From positions 7,134-71,133 of the forward strand of contig JBDTSL010000002.1 in NCBI GenBank assembly GCA_039931165.1: DNA of 64,000 bases. The letters run 5' to 3'. Positions 57,101 to 64,000 of this stretch are shown in pieces. Every line of letters starts with the position of its first letter. Within the stretch, counting starts at the first letter, position 1. Position numbers and translations under genes: made by a program. Origin of the DNA: Candidatus Doudnabacteria bacterium. Lineage in GTDB: Bacteria; Patescibacteriota; Doudnabacteria; UBA920; O2-02-FULL-48-8. Below the pieces are notes generated by a model. It was not told the origin of the DNA. It was given only the letters and a program-made list of their open reading frames with translations, and did not search any database.

Positions 57101-58081
57101 ATGAAAGATATCATTGTTTCGGGAATCCAGCCCACGGGCGAATTGCATATCGGCAATTACTTGGGCTCGCTCAAAAACTTCGTCGAGCTCCAAGGCCAGG
57201 CCAAGTGCTATTTCTTTGTCGCGGACTTGCATTCATTGACCGAAGAGTTTCAGCCGGGAAAGGCCAAACGCGAGCAAATAAAAAATCTGGTACTGACATT
57301 TCTGGCCGCCGGACTTGATCCTGAGAAATGCACTATTTTCATCCAATCTCACGTCCCTGCCCATACTGAACTGGCCTGGATTTTCAATACCATCCTGCAC
57401 ATGGGCGAACTGGAACGGATGACCCAGTTCAAAGATAAATCCGCTCGGCAAGCCGCCAACATCAATGTCGGCCTGTTCGACTATCCCGTGCTTATGGCCG
57501 CGGATATTTTGCTTTACAAAGCGACACACGTGCCGGTCGGCCATGACCAGATCCAGCATCTGGAGCTGACCAATACCATCGCCCGTAAATTTAACCATAA
57601 ATTCGGTAATACTTTCAAAGAAATCAAACCGTATATTCAAAAACCCCTCCGCATCATGAGCCTTTCGGACCCTGACCGTAAAATGAGCAAATCCGAACCC
57701 GGTTCCTATATCAACATGTTCGACTCCCCCGAAATGATCCGCAAAAAATTGGCCAAAGCCGTAACTGCCACGAATGCGCCGGAAGGACAAATGCCCAAAG
57801 GGGTTCTGAACCTGTTTGACCTCCTGCTTCAATTCGGATCAAAACCGGTTCACCAGGATTTCACCAAACAATACCACTCGGGGTTGATCAAATACTCCGA
57901 ACTCAAGGAAGTACTGGCCCAATCCATTGCCGACTACTTCGCGCCCATGCGCTCCATGCGAAAAGAGCTGGAACAAAACAGCGATCAAATCGCAGAAATT
58001 TTGGCGGAAGGCGCCGCCGCGGCCCGCAAGGTTGCGGAAGCAACCTTATCGGAAGTGAAACAGAAAATAGGTTTGATATAA
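57101..58081 (+). CDS. trpS: Tryptophan--tRNA ligase
   Basis: SGIQPTG, HIGN, YPVLMAADIL, KMSKS. Confidence 0.97.
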   Translation: MKDIIVSGIQPTGELHIGNYLGSLKNFVELQGQAKCYFFVADLHSLTEEFQPGKAKREQIKNLVLTFLAAGLDPEKCTIFIQSHVPAHTELAWIFNTILHMGELERMTQFKDKSARQAANINVGLFDYPVLMAADILLYKATHVPVGHDQIQHLELTNTIARKFNHKFGNTFKEIKPYIQKPLRIMSLSDPDRKMSKSEPGSYINMFDSPEMIRKKLAKAVTATNAPEGQMPKGVLNLFDLLLQFGSKPVHQDFTKQYHSGLIKYSELKEVLAQSIADYFAPMRSMRKELEQNSDQIAEILAEGAAAARKVAEATLSEVKQKIGLI

Positions 58082-58121
58082 ACACGCGCTTAACCGCGTG
58101 TTTCGTGTTTCAAGGAGGCCT

Positions 58122-58442
58122 ATGAAAATTTGGATCCAGTGCCGATCTCAAGCTGACGCGCAATTTTTCGAACAGGCGGTCATCGAGGGGTATTTTGGTG
58201 AACCGCTTGCCTGCCAGATCAGTCCGCTGAACCCGTGTTCGTTGGATGTGAATTTCCGCTCATTCCCGGTTGACGATGAAAAGATCCGGATCATATCCTT
58301 TCTCGTGGAGTGGGACTACTATGAAGAAGATCTCTCGTGCGAGGATCATCTGGCGGTGGTGGTGAAAACAAACATTCCGCAGCCGGCGGATCTGAGGCGT
58401 GGAGTTCTTCTGCGGATGCGCAGCCGCAAAGCATCGGGCTGA
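58122..58442 (+). CDS. Hypothetical protein
   Basis: AAGGAGG SD before ATG 58122; no motif recognised. Confidence 0.5.
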   Translation: MKIWIQCRSQADAQFFEQAVIEGYFGEPLACQISPLNPCSLDVNFRSFPVDDEKIRIISFLVEWDYYEEDLSCEDHLAVVVKTNIPQPADLRRGVLLRMRSRKASG

Positions 58443-58491
58443 AAACAAACGAGAGCGATCGATTTGGTGTCGACTGCCCTCTTTTTTTTGT

Positions 58492-59841
58492 CTAATTTTG
58501 AATTAATTCCAAAAGCGACTGAGTAGCTACTTTCAAGGTTTCCGGATCTCTGGCTTCCACATTCAACCGGATCAAAGACTGGGTGTTTGAAGAACGGATA
58601 TTGGCGCGCCAATCTGAATACTCCAAAGACAAACCGTCCGTGCGGTCAATTGCCGAGTCTTTAAATTCTTTTTCGATGCGCTCAAAAGTTTCGGCAATCT
58701 GGCTGTCCGATTGCAGGCTGGTATTAATCTCACCCGATACAAAATATTGCTCGAAGAAAGGCTCAAACAATTCGGAAACTTTTTTACCGGATCCGGATAC
58801 GATCTCTAAGATCAGCAAAAAAGGGATCAAGCCGTTATCGCAATAAAAAAAATCTTTGAAATAAAAATGCCCGCTCATTTCGCCACCGAATACGGCATCT
58901 TCTTTTCTCATCCGTTCCTTTATAAAACTATGCCCCGCTTTATTCATCAGGGGCACGCCACCAGCCTTCGTCACCGAATCAATGGTCGCCCAAGTTGCCC
59001 TCGGATCGAAGATAATTTTTGCGCCTGGGATTTTTTGTGCAAAATATCGGCCCAAAAAAGCCGTGAGATAGTAACCAGGAATAAACCGGCCGTTCTCGTC
59101 AAAAAGAAAAAAACGGTCGGCATCGGCATCCCAGGCGGCTCCCATATCCGCCTTGGAACTTTTTACCAATTCCGTTGTTTCCGTCCGATTCTGTTCTAAA
59201 AGCGGATCCGGTGCCCCTTTTGGAAAATGGCCGTCAGGCACTTCGTTCAGCGGTACCAATTCAACCGGCAAGTTAAGCTTAAACACATTCTGAACCGCCG
59301 GGCCGAACATGCCGTTGACCACTACTTTCAGAACTTTAAGTTTTTTGGAATCGATAAAGGATGCGCATTTCGCCAGATAATCCACCGCAACGTCTTTCGT
59401 TTGTAAATTACCCGAAGTTTCGGCTTTGAATTTATAATCCGCTAAAACCAATCGCTTCAGTTCCTCGATTCCCGTATCACCTGAGGTAGGGATCGATTTC
59501 TCGCGGACTATTTTTAAACCATTGTATTCGCCCGGATTGTGAGAAGCGGAGATCATCATCCCGCCATCATAACCATAATTCGCCACAGCGAAATAAAACA
59601 TATCGGTAGTCCCGATTCCGATATCGATCACGTTCACGCCATGGTCAACCAGTCCGTTTTTAACGGCTTCAAATAAAGCGGGTCCGGACAGCCTGACGTC
59701 CCGGCTCAAGACAACTGTTTTAGGATTTACAAATTTCGCATAAGCCTGCGCGATTTTATATACCGCTTCCTCGTTTATTTGAGAAGGATATACTCCGCGG
59801 ATGTCGTAAGCTTTAAAAATTGTCGGATCGATTTTTTCCAT
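58492..59841 (-). CDS. Phosphomannomutase/phosphoglucomutase
   Basis: FKAYDIRG, SASHNP, DADADR, GEMSGH, RSSNTQ. Confidence 0.95.
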   Translation of the reverse strand: MEKIDPTIFKAYDIRGVYPSQINEEAVYKIAQAYAKFVNPKTVVLSRDVRLSGPALFEAVKNGLVDHGVNVIDIGIGTTDMFYFAVANYGYDGGMMISASHNPGEYNGLKIVREKSIPTSGDTGIEELKRLVLADYKFKAETSGNLQTKDVAVDYLAKCASFIDSKKLKVLKVVVNGMFGPAVQNVFKLNLPVELVPLNEVPDGHFPKGAPDPLLEQNRTETTELVKSSKADMGAAWDADADRFFLFDENGRFIPGYYLTAFLGRYFAQKIPGAKIIFDPRATWATIDSVTKAGGVPLMNKAGHSFIKERMRKEDAVFGGEMSGHFYFKDFFYCDNGLIPFLLILEIVSGSGKKVSELFEPFFEQYFVSGEINTSLQSDSQIAETFERIEKEFKDSAIDRTDGLSLEYSDWRANIRSSNTQSLIRLNVEARDPETLKVATQSLLELIQN

Positions 59842-59862
59842 ATTAATATATCAAAGGTTGGG

Positions 59863-60153
59863 TTAATGCCGCCGAGGCCCCCATTGCCAACGCGGCTTCT
59901 CGCCAGTCTTGTAACAAATTCGGAGAAGGGTTGCGGTTAAGAGAATAGCCGGCAGAATAAAGGTAAAAGCTACTTCGCGGGCGGACGATTGTTCGTCAAT
60001 TGTAAGGGCAAAAAAAACAACAGCCGCAATATAACTCAGGATAACTGCCCATCCTTGCCACCTCGCTGGAGTCCAGCCCCAACCATAAAGCTTGGCCTTG
60101 AACCAATAACCCTCTGGGTTATCCTTCAAATATTGTAGGTATTCTTTGATCAT
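59863..60153 (-). CDS. Small Trp-rich membrane protein
   Basis: YWFKAKLYGWGWTPARWQGW, two TM helices, GEKPRWQWG. Confidence 0.75.
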   Translation of the reverse strand: MIKEYLQYLKDNPEGYWFKAKLYGWGWTPARWQGWAVILSYIAAVVFFALTIDEQSSAREVAFTFILPAILLTATLLRICYKTGEKPRWQWGPRRH

Positions 60154-60275
60154 AATTACCAGTCTTCATAAAATAAAAAATTTGGATCATATCTATCAAA
60201 GTCTATCAAAATTTATCAAAATTTGCTAGAATAATCAAAGCTTTTATTATTACTTTTAATTTTTTACCGAATACG

Positions 60276-61361
60276 ATGAGTTTTGCTGTAGGAATTGTCG
60301 GCCTGCCGAACGTCGGCAAGTCAACATTATTCAACGCTTTAACGAAGCAGGCTGCGGCCGCTTCGAATTTTCCGTTCACCACTATCGATCCGAACGTGGG
60401 CATCATCAGTGTGCCTGATGAAAGACTAGCAAAACTGGCCGCCTTGGAAAAATCGGAAAAAATCGTGCCAACCTCGATCGAATTCGTGGACATCGCGGGT
60501 CTGGTCAAGGGCGCGGCAGTTGGCGCTGGCCTGGGCAATAAATTTCTGTCTCACATCCGCGAAGTGGATGCCATTGTCCAGGTTGTAAGGTTTTTTGATA
60601 ACCCGGATATTATTCATGTTGAAGGAAAAGTGGACCCCGCGCACGATATTGAAGTGATTAACATTGAACTGATGCTGGCAGACCTGTCAGTCGTGAATAA
60701 GCGCCTTGAAAGTTTGGGCAAAGAAGTCAAAGGCGGCAATTCCGCCAAAGGCGGATCCGCCTCCGGCGGAAAAGACTCCGCTATTCTAAAAACGGCGTTG
60801 GAAAAGATCAAAACCGCGCTCGACGGAGGTCTTCTGGCTAAAACAGTATCACTGACAGAAGATGAAACTAAATTGGTGAAAGGTCTCAGCTTATTAACTA
60901 TGAAGCCAACTCTCTATGTGGCCAATATCGCCCTACAACCTACTCCCTACAGCCTACCACCTGATTTTCTGCCGATCGACATAAAGATAGAATCGGAATT
61001 GGCTGAACTTGCTGACGATGAACGCGTTCTGTACATGAAAGAGCTCGGGATCAATGAATCCGGTTTAGACCGGCTGGCGGGCGCTGCTTACAAACTTTTG
61101 AATTTAATCACTTTCATCACAGCCGGACCCAAAGAGAGCAAGGCCTGGACAATAGTCAACGGAACCAAAGCGCCCCAAGCCGCCGGAGTCATCCATACTG
61201 ACTTCGAAAAAGGCTTTATCCGCGCCGAGATCATCCAATGGGACAAACTTCTCGAAGCCGGCGGCTATGGGCCCGCTAGGGACAAAGGCTGGCTTCGGGT
61301 CGAGGGTAAGGAATACGTCATGGCTGACGGCGACGTCGCGCATTTCCGAGTAAACGCCTAA
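60276..61361 (+). CDS. ychF: Redox-regulated ATPase YchF
   Basis: GIVGLPNVGKS, NFPFTTIDPN, DIAGLV, GLGNKFL, HTDFEKGFIRAE. Confidence 0.98.
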   Translation: MSFAVGIVGLPNVGKSTLFNALTKQAAAASNFPFTTIDPNVGIISVPDERLAKLAALEKSEKIVPTSIEFVDIAGLVKGAAVGAGLGNKFLSHIREVDAIVQVVRFFDNPDIIHVEGKVDPAHDIEVINIELMLADLSVVNKRLESLGKEVKGGNSAKGGSASGGKDSAILKTALEKIKTALDGGLLAKTVSLTEDETKLVKGLSLLTMKPTLYVANIALQPTPYSLPPDFLPIDIKIESELAELADDERVLYMKELGINESGLDRLAGAAYKLLNLITFITAGPKESKAWTIVNGTKAPQAAGVIHTDFEKGFIRAEIIQWDKLLEAGGYGPARDKGWLRVEGKEYVMADGDVAHFRVNA

Positions 61362-62065
61362 TGACAACTAAAACAAAACCAATTTACGCACTGGGTATCG
61401 TCGCTCATCCGGATGATGAGTCGTTTCTGTTTGCCGGAACTTCGCTGATGCTGGCCAGTGAAGGAAAAAAAGTGGGAGTAGTAAGTGCTACCAAAGGCGA
61501 AATGGGAGCTGACAGGCTGAACCGCAAGCTCTCCAAAAAACAAATGGCCGTAATTCGCCTAGCCGAAGGCAAAAAAGCCGGCAAGATCATCAAATTAACT
61601 TTTGTTGATTTCCTCAATCATCCGGATGGCGGTTTGGAACAAATAAATTTTAATAAATTTGTAAAAGAATTAGTAAAAAAAATTGAACAACACAGACCAA
61701 AAATTGTTTTAACTTTTGGCCGCGAAGGGATTTCTGGACACCGCGACCACATTGCCATCCACCGCGCCACAGTCGCTGCCGTCAAACAAGCCCGCCATAA
61801 ACCTGACAGTTTATTGCTGGCCAGTTTGCCAAGTTCCGCGATGCCAGCATTTAACAAACATCTGCTGACCAGAAAAGTCCATCATTCTCATTTCAAACCT
61901 CAACCTCTCAAAGGAGTTGCGGACAATAAACTGTTGAAAATCGATATCGGAAAATTTGCCAAGCAAAAACATAAAGCTTTAAAAGCGCACGAAAGCCAGT
62001 ACCTGCCGAGTTTTGTGTTGGATGTTTTTCAAAAATACGAATGTTTTGAAGTTATTATGCCCTGA
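61361..62065 (+). CDS. PIG-L family deacetylase
   Basis: AHPDDE, GHRDH and HESQ motifs. Confidence 0.88.
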   Translation: MTTKTKPIYALGIVAHPDDESFLFAGTSLMLASEGKKVGVVSATKGEMGADRLNRKLSKKQMAVIRLAEGKKAGKIIKLTFVDFLNHPDGGLEQINFNKFVKELVKKIEQHRPKIVLTFGREGISGHRDHIAIHRATVAAVKQARHKPDSLLLASLPSSAMPAFNKHLLTRKVHHSHFKPQPLKGVADNKLLKIDIGKFAKQKHKALKAHESQYLPSFVLDVFQKYECFEVIMP

Positions 62066-62151
62066 CAAATCAAGGCTTTTGTGCTATCGTGAAGAGTAAG
62101 AATTGTCCAACCTGCATTCGTTTGGCAGGGTTTGAAATAAACAGGGGGAAC

Positions 62152-62823
62152 ATGCGTCAATTAATCATCGTTGTCGGAGTTCTGCTGTTGAGTTCTGTTG
62201 CGTCAGCGCAACAAAGAGCAATTACCCCGAAAAATTGGGTGATTTCTGCGGATGCTGCGTTCAAGTGGGTCGAACAGGTGGCTACTCCGATCCTGCTCAA
62301 GCATGCCGATGACCCGAAAGAATTGCCGGCGGTTAAAAACCGTATTGCCAAACTCCGGCAGATGCTTGAAGCTAAACAACTGGAATACTTAGCAGAGCCG
62401 TTCTTCTATCACGGAAGCAAGACTTCGCTCGGTCATACTGATTACGACCGTACTGCCCGTAGGCCGGTTCTGATGATCTTCGTTCCGGCATGGCAGGCCT
62501 ACCAAAAAACAGTAGCCCCGGGCGTGTTCGAAAACGAAATCGTGTTGGCCTATGCGCACGAAATGATCCACGTCGAGCATATGGTCAGTGGTGAATTCCC
62601 GTCGACTTTTGGCAAGCCTTGGGGCATCGACGGCATGCGTGAGGAAGCGGCCGCTTGGGGCCAAACCATCCTCGAAATCATCCGGCCTTGGAACCAGCAG
62701 GGACGGGCATTGGAACCATCTTTGATGAAACTCAGCGAACAGTTAGCTGAGGTCAAGGACGATTACAAGGACGCACGCTGGGTGCTAACATTCAGCAACT
62801 ACGAAACGAGGTTGGGGCAATGA
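62152..62823 (+). CDS. Secreted hypothetical protein with HExxH motif
   Basis: Signal peptide MRQLIIVVGVLLLSSVASA; AHEMIH with a downstream EEAAA; AGGGGG SD. Confidence 0.6.
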   Translation: MRQLIIVVGVLLLSSVASAQQRAITPKNWVISADAAFKWVEQVATPILLKHADDPKELPAVKNRIAKLRQMLEAKQLEYLAEPFFYHGSKTSLGHTDYDRTARRPVLMIFVPAWQAYQKTVAPGVFENEIVLAYAHEMIHVEHMVSGEFPSTFGKPWGIDGMREEAAAWGQTILEIIRPWNQQGRALEPSLMKLSEQLAEVKDDYKDARWVLTFSNYETRLGQ

Positions 62824-62948
62824 CATTGTTCATCGCCTTCTTTTTTTGCCTTGACGCTTTATCCGATTCTTGCTAAAATGGCAAAGCTTTTACAATTTAA
62901 CTCAATATTCGGCAAGCAATTGACTTGCCGATAGAAAGATCACTTTCT

Positions 62949-63404
62949 ATGCCAAAATATGAGCTGATGTATATATTATCTTCAGCCGTCTCCGACAACG
63001 ACGTGCCGACAATTTCAGCGGAAGTCGATAAATTTCTGACTGACGCCGCCGGCACGATACTTACCACAGAAATGCTGGGTAAGAAAAAATTGGCCTATCC
63101 AATCAAGAAAACCCGGAACGGTTTTTATGTTCTGGAAACTTTTAATTTGGAAGGCGGTAAACTAACGGGTTTGGACAACAAGTTGCGGAGCATGGAACCG
63201 ATCATCCGCTATCTGGTCGTGAGCCTGGATGAACAGGAGCGCCGGGCGGCCAAAGACAAAACTGTTCAGGATAAGATGAAAGCCGCCCGCAAACCGCAAA
63301 AAATAGAAACCGCCGAGCCGGCTGTACCGGAAGTCAAGCTAACCGAAACCGAGCTTGAGCAAAAAATCGATAAAGCCCTGGAATCGGAAGACTTGGCAAA
63401 ATAA
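62949..63404 (+). CDS. rpsF: 30S ribosomal protein bS6
   Basis: MPKYELMYIL, GKKKLAYPIKK, IIRYL; promoter TTGACG (62851), 17 nt, TAAAAT (62874). Confidence 0.96.
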   Translation: MPKYELMYILSSAVSDNDVPTISAEVDKFLTDAAGTILTTEMLGKKKLAYPIKKTRNGFYVLETFNLEGGKLTGLDNKLRSMEPIIRYLVVSLDEQERRAAKDKTVQDKMKAARKPQKIETAEPAVPEVKLTETELEQKIDKALESEDLAK

Positions 63405-63475
63405 GTATTCAGTGGCCAGTATTCAGTATTGAGAGATTATCCTCTCAATACTATATACTGCATACTGTATACTCT
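63405..63475. repeat. Mirror array of 7-bp CAGTATT/AATACTG-like repeats (second array begins at 63961)
   Basis: GTATTCAGTGGCCAGTATTCAGTATTGAGAG and CTCTCAATACTATATACTGCATACTGTATACT; a similar left arm follows ssb. Confidence 0.7.
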
Positions 63476-63496
63476 AATAAGAATTAACTTAAATAT

Positions 63497-63958
63497 ATGG
63501 ATTTAAATAAAGTCATGATCATCGGGCGACTGACCCGCGACCCGGAAGTCCGCACCACCTCCACCGGCACCAACGTAGCCTCGTTTTCTGTGGCCACCAG
63601 CTTCAACTGGACCGACCAGCAGGGGCAAAAAAAAGAACAAACCGAATTTCACAACGTCGTGGCCTGGCGCAAACTTGCCGACATTATCGGCCAGTATCTG
63701 AAAAAAGGCACACAGGTTTACATCGAAGGACGCCTGCAAACCTCATCCTGGGACGACAAGACCAGCGGACAAAAACGCTATAAAACGGAAATTATCGCCG
63801 ACAACATGATCATGCTGGCACGCGCCGGAAGCTCATCCGGCACTCCCTCAGGTGCCGCCTCATCCTCAATCCCAAATCAAACTCCATTAGGACAACAGCC
63901 GGAACCCAAATCCGATATCCCGGAAATTCAAATTGACGACTCGGATATTCCGTTCTAA
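63497..63958 (+). CDS. ssb: Single-stranded DNA-binding protein
   Basis: NKVMIIGRLTRDPE, KGTQVYIEGRLQT and C-terminal DIPF. Confidence 0.98.
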   Translation: MDLNKVMIIGRLTRDPEVRTTSTGTNVASFSVATSFNWTDQQGQKKEQTEFHNVVAWRKLADIIGQYLKKGTQVYIEGRLQTSSWDDKTSGQKRYKTEIIADNMIMLARAGSSSGTPSGAASSSIPNQTPLGQQPEPKSDIPEIQIDDSDIPF

Positions 63959-64000
63959 CAAGTATCCAGAGACAGTATATAGTATTGAGAGACAAATACT

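Noticed and set aside
1-64000. CRISPR array, prophage, integrase or transposase
   Set aside because: No regularly spaced direct repeats with unique spacers and no ORF with cas, phage or transposase motifs.

Overview
A 64-kb stretch of a small bacterial chromosome. Gene content and order (lepB-HisRS-rpsU-yqeY-ftsA-ftsZ, dprA-capA-topA, secG plus a solitary OppA-like protein, comEC without an MBL domain, few Shine-Dalgarno sites) suggest a Patescibacteria/CPR organism; this is inference. Most of the window is housekeeping genes plus tRNA-Val(CAC), tRNA-Lys(TTT) and tRNA-Leu(CAG). No CRISPR array, prophage, integrase or transposase is visible. Five things stand out. (1) Several families of tiny palindromic or 7-bp-periodic repeats occur between genes and also in frame inside unrelated core proteins (YchF, OppA-like, UvrA twice, UvrC, NrdJ, Der, CapA), and they contain the stop codons of uvrC, comEC and dusB. 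(2) A candidate cobalamin capture-and-use module: nrdR, class II nrdJ, btuR, a DUF4430 protein and a DUF6580/BtuM-like membrane protein, with four NrdR boxes upstream. (3) A full-length HisRS paralog with all catalytic motifs eroded, alongside an intact HisRS of another lineage. (4) A cassette-like, SD-led purC-purB-pyrC-pyrE-pyrF-pyrD cluster with a duplicated terminator-promoter junction. (5) A promoter-driven rod-shaped RNA candidate divergent from dprA. All assignments come from reading motifs by eye; no database search was run.
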